DNA of 24,000 nucleotides from Bacillus infantis (GTDB lineage: Bacteria > Bacillota > Bacilli > Bacillales > Cytobacillaceae): the NCBI RefSeq assembly GCF_020171945.1, contig NZ_JAIVAP010000003.1, forward strand, positions 119,412 through 143,411, in the 5' to 3' direction. Every line of letters starts with the position of its first letter. The first letter of the stretch is position 1. A program made the translations under genes and the position numbers. The notes beneath the pieces were generated by a model. The model worked only from the letters and a program-made list of their open reading frames with translations. It did not search any database and was not told the origin of the DNA. Shown here piece by piece: positions 14,790 through 22,357 of this stretch.

Positions 14790-16868
14790 ATGTTTATTAC
14801 CTCAAGGGAGAAAAGCATCATAGAACTGATCATAAAGACGGCCGGCAAGCATACGGCCCTGACACTTGCTTCCTACTTAAACGTTAGCGCCAGGACTGTC
14901 CACCGGGACCTTGCATCTGTTGCAAAGGTTCTTCGGCAGTTCGGGCTCGAGCTTGGGCGGACGCCTGATGAAGGGCTCGTGATTTCCGGGCGGAATGAGG
15001 ACGTTTTCCGGATTGTGCAGACAATGGCGGAAACCATTCCGACAGACCAGACTCCCCAGGAAAGGAAACTGCTGATTCTTTTGGAGCTCCTTAAAGGGGA
15101 ACCTTTTAAACTACAGCCGGCGGCAAAGGAAGTCGGCATCAGTGTAACAACCTATACCGCATACCTCGATGAACTGGCTGGCTGGCTCGAAAGCTACCGG
15201 CTCTCTGTCAGAAGGAAAAGAGGGGTAGGGGTTGAGCTGTCCGGCAAAGAATCGGATATAAGAAAGGCGCTGGCCGATTATTATTTGATCTATTTTAATG
15301 AAGAGCTGATAGAAAGCCTGTTTCTCCTTGATGCAGGAAGCTGGAACAAGCCCAGGGTGCTCTTTTATTTCCGGTCAAAGTTCCTTTATGCAGCCGACCG
15401 CCTTGCCGGCAGAAGAATCAATAAGGGGCAGTCAAGATTGGCTGACAGCGACTATATCGGCATCCTGGTTCATTTATGCATCTCTCTTCAAAGAACCGAA
15501 GGCGGCTTCTTTATTGAGGACGACCTCATCGAACCTCCGGAGATCCAGGAGGAAGCAAATCTGATTGCCAGCCTGGGCAATGAGCTCGCGGATGAATTTT
15601 CCGTCAGCCTTGCTGAACAGGATATCCGTTTTCTTGCTATCGTACTGAAAGGATCCAAATTGCGGGCACCTGATTCCGTCCACTATGACAGTGTGATGAT
15701 CGGACAGTCTGTCAAAAATATCATCCAGCATGTATCTGCCCAGCTGAATGCAGATTTAACAGGAGACTTCTCACTATTCCAGGGCCTGCTCGCCCATATG
15801 GAAACATCAATATTCAGGATCAGGCAGAATATGGGGATGCATAATCCATTGACAGAAGACATCAAGAAGAAGTATCCAGCCCTTTTTCTCGCCGTTAAAA
15901 ACAGCCTTCAACAGGAGTTCCGTGACATATCTTTTCCCGATGATGAGGCTGCATTTATTGCCCTTCACTTCGGATCTGTCCTGCTGCTCAGGGAAGAACA
16001 GCTTTCAGTCCACGCACTCATCATCTGCCCGACAGGAATCGGAACCTCCAAAATGCTGGCCAGCAGGATCAAAAAAGAATTGCCGGAAATCCAGTCTGTC
16101 GAAATTTCCTCTATCAAGGAAATACAGCAAACCGATCTGAACAGCTACGATATAATTTTTTCAACAGTAAGATTGCCTTACACAGATTTGGAGTACATCC
16201 TCGTCAATCCGCTCCTGGAAGAGGAGGATATACTGGCAGCAAAGGGCTTTCTGCAAAAACACATAGGGGAGCTGGCAGCCAGCCGCACCTTTTCGCCCGA
16301 AAGCAGTTATCCAAAGCAAAAAAAACGGGGCATCGGTCTAGGGCAAATGCTGTCTGACCTTGGTGATGTTCAAAACAGTATCAAAGAAATCCTCCGCAAT
16401 TTCAGGTTTTACTTTTTTCCTGAAGCGGCTGACCATGAGGAAGTGGTTTCCCGAATGGTACATAGTGCAAAAGAACAGGGAAGCCTTTCCGAAAGCGGTA
16501 AGGTCATCACCCGTTTAAGGGAACGGGAGAAATTGGGCGGGCTGGGCATACCGAAAACTGGGCTGGCTCTTTTCCATTGCCGCCAAGAATCAGTAAAAGA
16601 GCTGATTTTCCAAGTGTCACGGCTCGGCCGCCCAGTCCAGCTGAAAGGGATGGATGGCAGGATGATGGAGGCGGATAATCTGCTCCTTATGCTTGCGCCT
16701 GAAAGCTTAAGCCCAAGGCAGCAGGAAATCGTCAGCCTGATCAGCACCAGCCTGATTGAAAATGATGAAGCGATGCTGATATTTTCTTCAGGCAGTGAGG
16801 AAGCTATAAAGAAGAGACTGGAAGAAATTTTTCTCGACTATATCCAAAACCAATTGATAAAGGGATGA
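14790..16868 (+). CDS. mtlR: Mannitol operon transcriptional activator MtlR (HTH, PRD1, PRD2, EIIB-Gat-like and EIIA-Mtl-like domains)
   Basis: 692 aa. N-terminal HTH (LASYLNVSARTVHRDL), PRD-type regions with conserved His (LAHMETSIFRI, ALHFGSVL) and an EIIB-like Cys motif (LIICPTGIGTSKMLASRIK). It lies between mtlA and mtlD. Confidence 0.9.
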   Translation: MFITSREKSIIELIIKTAGKHTALTLASYLNVSARTVHRDLASVAKVLRQFGLELGRTPDEGLVISGRNEDVFRIVQTMAETIPTDQTPQERKLLILLELLKGEPFKLQPAAKEVGISVTTYTAYLDELAGWLESYRLSVRRKRGVGVELSGKESDIRKALADYYLIYFNEELIESLFLLDAGSWNKPRVLFYFRSKFLYAADRLAGRRINKGQSRLADSDYIGILVHLCISLQRTEGGFFIEDDLIEPPEIQEEANLIASLGNELADEFSVSLAEQDIRFLAIVLKGSKLRAPDSVHYDSVMIGQSVKNIIQHVSAQLNADLTGDFSLFQGLLAHMETSIFRIRQNMGMHNPLTEDIKKKYPALFLAVKNSLQQEFRDISFPDDEAAFIALHFGSVLLLREEQLSVHALIICPTGIGTSKMLASRIKKELPEIQSVEISSIKEIQQTDLNSYDIIFSTVRLPYTDLEYILVNPLLEEEDILAAKGFLQKHIGELAASRTFSPESSYPKQKKRGIGLGQMLSDLGDVQNSIKEILRNFRFYFFPEAADHEEVVSRMVHSAKEQGSLSESGKVITRLREREKLGGLGIPKTGLALFHCRQESVKELIFQVSRLGRPVQLKGMDGRMMEADNLLLMLAPESLSPRQQEIVSLISTSLIENDEAMLIFSSGSEEAIKKRLEEIFLDYIQNQLIKG

Positions 16869-16873
16869 TAACT

Positions 16874-18016
16874 ATGAAAAAAGCAGTACATTTTGGTGCA
16901 GGGAATATCGGCCGCGGCTTTATAGGCGCCCTGTTCTCTAAATCAGGATATCAAGTAACTTTTGTTGATATTGCAGAAGAAATCATCAATCTATTGAATG
17001 AACAAGGCGAATATAAAGTCAACCTGGCAGCAGAAAATGGTTCATCAGAGAAGGTCAGCTCTGTGTCCGGACTCAATAATATGACACAGGAAAGCCAGGT
17101 CATTGAAGCCATCGGTGAGGCTGAGTATCTTACAACAGCGATTGGCCCGAATATCCTGCCCCGCATTGCCCCTCTCATTGCCAAGGGCATTACTGAAAGA
17201 GTTAAAAAGACTGATGAAAAGCTGTATATCATTGCCTGCGAAAACCAGATTTCAGCTACCGACCTGCTGAAAGGCTATATCCTTGAAAATCTGGATGAGG
17301 AAACGGCAGGAAAGCTGGAAGGCCGTGTATTCTTCTTTAATTCAGCTGTAGACCGGATTGTTCCGATCCAGAATAACCAAGGGTCCCTTGATGTGCTGGT
17401 TGAGCCTTACTATGAGTGGGTTGTCGAAGCACCAACAGATATCCCCGCTGTAGAAGGAATGAAAATCGTTCCGGACCTTGCTCCTTTTATTGAAAGAAAA
17501 CTATTTACCGTCAATACGGGCCATGCCGTCATCGCCTACCTTGGCTACCTTGCAGGCAAGGAAACTATTGATGAAGCCCTGAAGGATGAAGCTGTGTACA
17601 AACAGGCTGAAGCGACGCTGAAGGAAACTGGCGCATATCTTGTAAAGGAATATGGGCTTGATGCAGAAGAGCATGCGCAGTATATCAAGAAAATCATCGG
17701 CCGTTTCCAGAACGGTTTCCTGAACGACGGTGTAACAAGGGTAGGGCGTTCACCGATAAGGAAGCTCGGGCCAAATGACAGGCTTGTCCGTCCTGCAGAA
17801 CAGGCAATGAAGGCAGGTTTGCCGTTCGAAAATCTTGCCAAGGCCATTGCTGCGGCCCTGCATTTCGACTTCCGGGGAGATGAGGAAGCCGTTAAAATCC
17901 AGGAGATGCTGAAAGAGCACGGGCCATTATATGTGCTCAAGGAAGTCAGCGGGCTGGAGGAAGACAATCTTATTGCAAAAGAAGCTGCCCGCCAGTATGA
18001 GCAGATGAAAAAATAA
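16874..18016 (+). CDS. mtlD: Mannitol-1-phosphate 5-dehydrogenase
   Basis: MKKAVHFGAGNIGRGFIG (Rossmann), IACENQI, AVDRIVP and KLFTVNTGHA. ATG 16874 has SD AAAGGGA with an 8-nt spacer. The track start 16865 overlaps the mtlR stop and lacks SD spacing. Confidence 0.95.
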   Translation: MKKAVHFGAGNIGRGFIGALFSKSGYQVTFVDIAEEIINLLNEQGEYKVNLAAENGSSEKVSSVSGLNNMTQESQVIEAIGEAEYLTTAIGPNILPRIAPLIAKGITERVKKTDEKLYIIACENQISATDLLKGYILENLDEETAGKLEGRVFFFNSAVDRIVPIQNNQGSLDVLVEPYYEWVVEAPTDIPAVEGMKIVPDLAPFIERKLFTVNTGHAVIAYLGYLAGKETIDEALKDEAVYKQAEATLKETGAYLVKEYGLDAEEHAQYIKKIIGRFQNGFLNDGVTRVGRSPIRKLGPNDRLVRPAEQAMKAGLPFENLAKAIAAALHFDFRGDEEAVKIQEMLKEHGPLYVLKEVSGLEEDNLIAKEAARQYEQMKK

Positions 18017-18033
18017 TAGTGCTAGAACACTCA

Positions 18034-18064
18034 TGCGCCGTTCCTGTGAACGGCGTTTTTATTT
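18034..18064 (+). terminator. Intrinsic terminator of the mtl operon
   Basis: CGCCGTTC-ctgt-GAACGGCG followed by TTTTTATTT. Confidence 0.85.
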
Positions 18065-18176
18065 GGCTTAGGGTTCCTCCGTCTTGAGGAGGAGCAAGAA
18101 ACCATCAGAAGGCGCTTATCTCTTTCCGGAAAACGCATTATGATTAAAGCAATTAATCGGAATCGAGGGAGCTTAA

Positions 18177-19454
18177 ATGAAAAAATTCAAAGAAATCTTC
18201 CAGAATAAGAATTATGCCAGATTATTTTTTGCCAACTTCACCTCACAGATGGGAAGCACCATAGGCTTGACTGCCTTCATGTTCTACTTGCTGGACCGTT
18301 TTTCAGATCAGCCTGTATATGCCTCAATTACAGAGCTTATGTACAGCCTTCCTACGCTCGCGGTATTTTTCCTTGTCGGGGTTTTTGCAGACAGGATGGA
18401 CCGGCAGAAGATTGCCTATTATTGTGACTGGATCACTGCCGCACTGTCAGTGGCATTGATCGGGACAATCCTGATAGGCTGGATGCCTTTAATTTTCTTT
18501 GTATTGTTCCTGAGGAGCGCTGTGCAGAAGTTCTTTTTCCCGGCCGAGCATGCGATGGTCCAGGGGATATTGAAAGAAGATGACTATACGGCTGCAGCCG
18601 GCTTGAACCAGCTGATCATGAGTCTTTTCATGCTGTTTGGGAATGGCCTTGGCATTTTGGCCTACTGGACAGTGGGCGTTTACGGGGCCATCCTGGTAGA
18701 TGCTGTCACATTCGGGCTCAGTGCCCTTTTGATCAGATCATGCCGCATTGCAGAAGAGGTCCGCCTTCCTAATGGAAAGCACACATTGAAGGACCTCAAT
18801 CTTAATCTTGTATTTAAGGATTTCAAAGTGGGGATGAAGTGTATATTGAACAATAAGCTGCTGTCAGCACTGCTTGTTGGTTTCTTCGTTTTCGGTGTTG
18901 TGAACGGCGGCTTCAGCGTTATGCCGGTTTTTATGCTGAAATACAGGCTTGCGCCTGAAACATATGAAGAATTATCGGTTGTCATTGGAATGGTTTTCGG
19001 AGGGGGCATCCTGCTCGGCAGCTTCATCGCCACCTTGCTTTCCCAGAAAATGAAGCTTTATCAGATGATCATTGCCGGAATCACCATTACAGGGGCCTTT
19101 GTGATTGCCGCTTCTTTTGCAGAATCGATCATCCTGTTTATGGTATTGATTTTCCTGACATCCCTCGGCCTGCCTCTTGTTAATATCGCTATCGGCGGCT
19201 GGATGCCAAGCATTATTGATCCAAAAATGATGGGAAGGGTCCAAGGGTGGATCAGCCCGCTGATGATGCTGTCACAATCAATTACTCTCGGTTTCATCGC
19301 CTGCAGTTTCCCGGCGATCCTGAAGGTAGAAATGCTTTATTGGCTTGTAGGGGGATGCCTGATACTGGTCGGCCTGTTTTACACAGCTGTGCTGCCTAAA
19401 TACAGCCGGACAGAAGAAGGATTGGAAAAGGCGGCTGCTGAGACGGCGATTTAA
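18177..19454 (+). CDS. MFS transporter (12-TM, EntS/macrolide-efflux-like MFS_3 type)
   Basis: 425 aa, hydrophobic throughout. N-terminal FKEIFQNKNYARLFFANFTSQMGS and the loop motif GVFADRMDRQKI are typical of this MFS subgroup. Confidence 0.9.
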   Translation: MKKFKEIFQNKNYARLFFANFTSQMGSTIGLTAFMFYLLDRFSDQPVYASITELMYSLPTLAVFFLVGVFADRMDRQKIAYYCDWITAALSVALIGTILIGWMPLIFFVLFLRSAVQKFFFPAEHAMVQGILKEDDYTAAAGLNQLIMSLFMLFGNGLGILAYWTVGVYGAILVDAVTFGLSALLIRSCRIAEEVRLPNGKHTLKDLNLNLVFKDFKVGMKCILNNKLLSALLVGFFVFGVVNGGFSVMPVFMLKYRLAPETYEELSVVIGMVFGGGILLGSFIATLLSQKMKLYQMIIAGITITGAFVIAASFAESIILFMVLIFLTSLGLPLVNIAIGGWMPSIIDPKMMGRVQGWISPLMMLSQSITLGFIACSFPAILKVEMLYWLVGGCLILVGLFYTAVLPKYSRTEEGLEKAAAETAI

Positions 19455-19556
19455 TGGGGAGCTTTTCGTAAAGATTGCTGCTTATAATTATAACAACCTT
19501 TAATGATATTTGATAAAGAGAGGCTTAATTCTTATTTGAGTGACTAGCTAGCATTA

Positions 19557-19749
19557 AAATAAGGGGAGATTCTCCGTTTAGGCTCATGAAAATGGCACGG
19601 TTGGGTACAAATAAGCGGAGAATTTCCGGTTAAGCGGAGCGAAGTTGCCCATTTTCCTTTTTTTTTAGCCGATAGAAGGAATTTCTCCGTCTATTTGAGC
19701 TAATTATAGTGTTTTTTTGAAATTAGGGGGAATTCCTGCGCTTATTTTT
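19557..19749. repeat. Cluster of 4-5 copies of a quasi-palindromic ~24-bp motif in nested inverted arrangement
   Basis: Forward AAATAAGGGGAGATTCTCCGTTTA (19557-19580). Forward AAATAAGCGGAGAATTTCCGGTTA (19609-19632). Degenerate TAAGCGGAGCGAAGTTGCCC (19631-19650). Reverse-orientation copies at 19671-19696 and 19721-19749. Both pairs are symmetric about position ~19652. Confidence 0.75.
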
Positions 19750-19870
19750 CAGCCTGTCACTGCTTTCGTCATTCAGGTCCGGTTAGTTCCGCTTTTTATG
19801 GCTGGGCAGGAATTGCTCACAAATAAGGATAGCAAAATAGCAACAGTCAACGGGTAAAGAGCCTTTAATT

Positions 19871-19906
19871 AAGAAGCGGACACTGCCCAGAGTCCGCTTC
19901 TTTTAT
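19871..19906 (+). terminator. Strong plus-strand intrinsic terminator ending the noncoding repeat region
   Basis: 11-bp stem AAGAAGCGGAC/GTCCGCTTCTT with a 10-nt loop, then TTTTAT. It lies about 420 nt after the MFS stop codon. Confidence 0.8.
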
Positions 19907-20032
19907 GATTTTGCCGCCAATTAGCAAGGAGTTTGGAAGGATTATCAGCTCTTCATCTAGAAGCATAGGAAATGGGATTCTTTTGCATATGATCGATGCT
20001 GCAAAACGCAATTAAAAATAAGGGAGAGTACA

Positions 20033-20398
20033 ATGAAATATTCACCAATCAATTTTCAAGAGAAGTTTTCAAAGTTCGCTGACCATTGGTCACCTAAAGT
20101 CATTGCTGAAATGAATGATTATCAATTTAAGCTTGTTAAAGTAAAAGGGGACTTTGTATGGCATAAGCATGATGACACGGACGAAGTTTTTATCGTTCTG
20201 GTAGGCAGGCTGACCATTGAGTTCCGCGACGGAAAAGTGGAGCTGGGAGAAGGGGAGCTGTTTGTTATCCCAAAAAATGTTGAACATAAGCCTTATGCCG
20301 AGAATGAATGCAAAATCATGCTTGTGGAGCCGAGAGGGGTTGTAAATACCGGGCAGGAAAGAACTGATCAGACAGCAGAGAATGATGTTTGGATTTGA
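20033..20398 (+). CDS. Cupin domain protein
   Basis: 121 aa. Cupin motifs WHKHDDTDEVFIVLVG and GELFVIPKNVEHKP. SD AAGGGAGAG. Confidence 0.85.
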   Translation: MKYSPINFQEKFSKFADHWSPKVIAEMNDYQFKLVKVKGDFVWHKHDDTDEVFIVLVGRLTIEFRDGKVELGEGELFVIPKNVEHKPYAENECKIMLVEPRGVVNTGQERTDQTAENDVWI

Positions 20399-20465
20399 GT
20401 TGACAAAATCAGGCTGTATCCCGCCGTCTGCTGATATAGAAATTTCCTGGCTATGAAGGTAGATA

Positions 20466-21392
20466 ATGAAACCGGATCAATGGGGGCTTGGATGGATAAT
20501 GTATAAAACTGGTGTTATTGCCGGTATCATGACATTCCTTTTCTATATAGTATTTTTGCTTCTATACCTTTTTGAAATCATCAATGAATATGCCTTTGTC
20601 TTTATGCTGTTCCTCCTGCTGGTGATTCTGCTGAATTTATGGTTTGTTTTCCGCCAAAAAAGTAAAAACAGAATACAAATCACTGTTTCAGCCTTTCTCG
20701 TCTTCCTCTTGTTCTGCTATGAACTGCCGCTGCTGCTGGTGCCGCTGAGCTCTCCCCCTTCTCATGTCGCTTATGCCTATCAGGAACCGAATGAGGCTTT
20801 AAGGGGATCAGGCATTTTTTCGGTAGGGGTCGCTGAATTTAGGCTGAAAAACCAGAACAGCATACAGGATGCCAAACAGATTTTGGCAGCGCAGGGAGTT
20901 GACGTACTGTCCGTTGCAGCAGTGAATCATAAAATTAGGTATGACAGCAAAAACGAGCAGCTGTTAAAATGGCTTCATCTGAAGAAAGAACCTTTGCTGC
21001 AAATGGAAGAAAACGCAGCAGAATACCTGGGAAAAGAAGACGATTGGCTCAGGAGGTTTATACAGCAGCCAGACATTGCCGGTAATAGTGCCGGACTCAG
21101 CCTGGCACTTTCAGGGCTCATTAAAGAAGGCCGACTGGAAAACAGGCTGCCTGTCGCAGTAACAGGCGCGATTAATGAGCATGGAGAAGTATCTTACGTA
21201 GGATTGATAAAGGAAAAAGTCCAGATTGCCGAAGCTGCCGGCTTCTCAGCCTTGATCATTCCGAGTGAAAATGCGGAAGAAGCTGCAGCTATTCAAAAAG
21301 AAAACAGCAGGAAAATAAAAATTATTGATGTTTCACACATTGATGAAGCTGTTAAGGCTATTAGAAAATTGAATGTCGGAGAATTAGACTGA
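20466..21392 (+). CDS. Membrane-anchored protein with a C-terminal Lon-like (S16) serine peptidase domain
   Basis: Three predicted N-terminal TM helices. The C-terminus has IAGNSAGLSLAL (Lon-type Ser motif) and VGLIKEKVQIAEAAG (Lon-type Lys motif), then IIPSEN...IIDVSHIDEAV, resembling the YlbL/Lon_C arrangement. Confidence 0.75.
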   Translation: MKPDQWGLGWIMYKTGVIAGIMTFLFYIVFLLLYLFEIINEYAFVFMLFLLLVILLNLWFVFRQKSKNRIQITVSAFLVFLLFCYELPLLLVPLSSPPSHVAYAYQEPNEALRGSGIFSVGVAEFRLKNQNSIQDAKQILAAQGVDVLSVAAVNHKIRYDSKNEQLLKWLHLKKEPLLQMEENAAEYLGKEDDWLRRFIQQPDIAGNSAGLSLALSGLIKEGRLENRLPVAVTGAINEHGEVSYVGLIKEKVQIAEAAGFSALIIPSENAEEAAAIQKENSRKIKIIDVSHIDEAVKAIRKLNVGELD

Positions 21393-21451
21393 AATAGAGA
21401 TTAGAGTATACAGCATCAGGACTTTTCATAATGAAAGAGAGGACGAGATAA

Positions 21452-22072
21452 ATGGACAGCATTATTTTTGATTTAGATGGGACTATCTGGGACTCAATTG
21501 ATACAGTTCTGGTTGCCTGGAACAGTGTAATCAAACAAGATGACCGCAAGGAAGGCAAGTTGACACGGAAAGATTTTGAAGGAACAATGGGTTTACAGAT
21601 GGATGAAATAAGCCGCAGGCTGTTTCCGGATCTAACAGAAGAACAGAGGCAGCAGCTGGTGGAGGAATGCAGGAAGGCAGAAGCGCATTACTTAGGGATA
21701 CATGGAGGGGAACTTTATGAGAATGCAGAAAAAGTTCTGGAGAAACTTTCGCAAAAATATAAGCTTTTCATTGTCAGCAACTGCCAGGAAGGCTACATAG
21801 AGGTATTTTATAAATATCATAAGCTTGAAAAATATTTCCTTGATTTCGAAAACCCCGGCCGCACCAGTCTTTCGAAAGGAGAGAATATCAAATTGATCAT
21901 TGAAAGAAATCAGCTTTCCAGTCCCGTGTATGTAGGTGACACAGAAGGCGACAGAAAAGCCGCCAGATTCGCAGGCATTCCCTTCATCTATGCTCAATAC
22001 GGTTTCGGGGAAGTGAGTGAATATGATCAGAAGATTAACAAATTTGAAGACCTTTTGAAGGTTTTTGGGTGA
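21452..22072 (+). CDS. HAD-superfamily hydrolase (phosphoglycolate-phosphatase-like)
   Basis: Motif I IIFDLDGTIWDS, motif II IVSNC, motif IV YVGDTEGD. SD AGAGAGGA. Confidence 0.9.
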   Translation: MDSIIFDLDGTIWDSIDTVLVAWNSVIKQDDRKEGKLTRKDFEGTMGLQMDEISRRLFPDLTEEQRQQLVEECRKAEAHYLGIHGGELYENAEKVLEKLSQKYKLFIVSNCQEGYIEVFYKYHKLEKYFLDFENPGRTSLSKGENIKLIIERNQLSSPVYVGDTEGDRKAARFAGIPFIYAQYGFGEVSEYDQKINKFEDLLKVFG

Positions 22073-22193
22073 AACGAAGCAAGAAGGAATTGTCAGGCAT
22101 ATGATACGGAATGCCAAAGGGCTTTATAAGGATTGCGTTCTTTACGGTATCTTGAAGGAAGATTTTCTAAAAATGAATTTTTATAAGGATTGA
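22059..22193 (+). pseudogene. 3' remnant of a RimJ/RimL-type GNAT acetyltransferase gene
   Basis: The open frame RFLGETKQEGIVRHMIRNAKGLYKDCVLYGILKEDFLKMNFYKD* matches the C-terminal block of the intact GNAT in this window (ERLGFTQEGIIRQGEFLNDHYHDLVVYGLLAEEW). There is no N-terminal part, and it overlaps the HAD gene end by 14 nt. Confidence 0.45.
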
Positions 22194-22357
22194 TTGCTTT
22201 TTAAGACCTTCCCCTCCGATTATTGCTGAGACAAAACTTATTTCTGCTTGAAATACTAATACTTTAACCAAGAGGCTTGAACGATCAGAAGGAGGCATCG
22301 TCCATTGTAAATTTCCCTTTTTATCATTAAATTCTAAGATAAAGAGGGGCAGGTTAT

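Noticed and set aside
12747-18016. Numerous internal or antisense track ORFs within mtlA, mtlR and mtlD (for example 13694..14041, 14453..14848, 17545..17967)
   Set aside because: They are shadow frames of three confidently identified genes and have no independent signals.
18066-18176. Guanidine-I (ykkC) riboswitch upstream of the MFS transporter, suggested by TTAGGGTTCC
   Set aside because: Only this short string resembles the ykkC 5' block. The other conserved blocks I recall (GGUCCGAGAG, ACGGCGGGA...CCCGGGAGA) are absent.
19557-19749. The motif cluster as a mini CRISPR array (24-bp repeat / 27-bp spacer)
   Set aside because: Copies are only about 65-75% identical, occur in both orientations symmetric about a centre, and number only 4-5. 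There are no cas genes.
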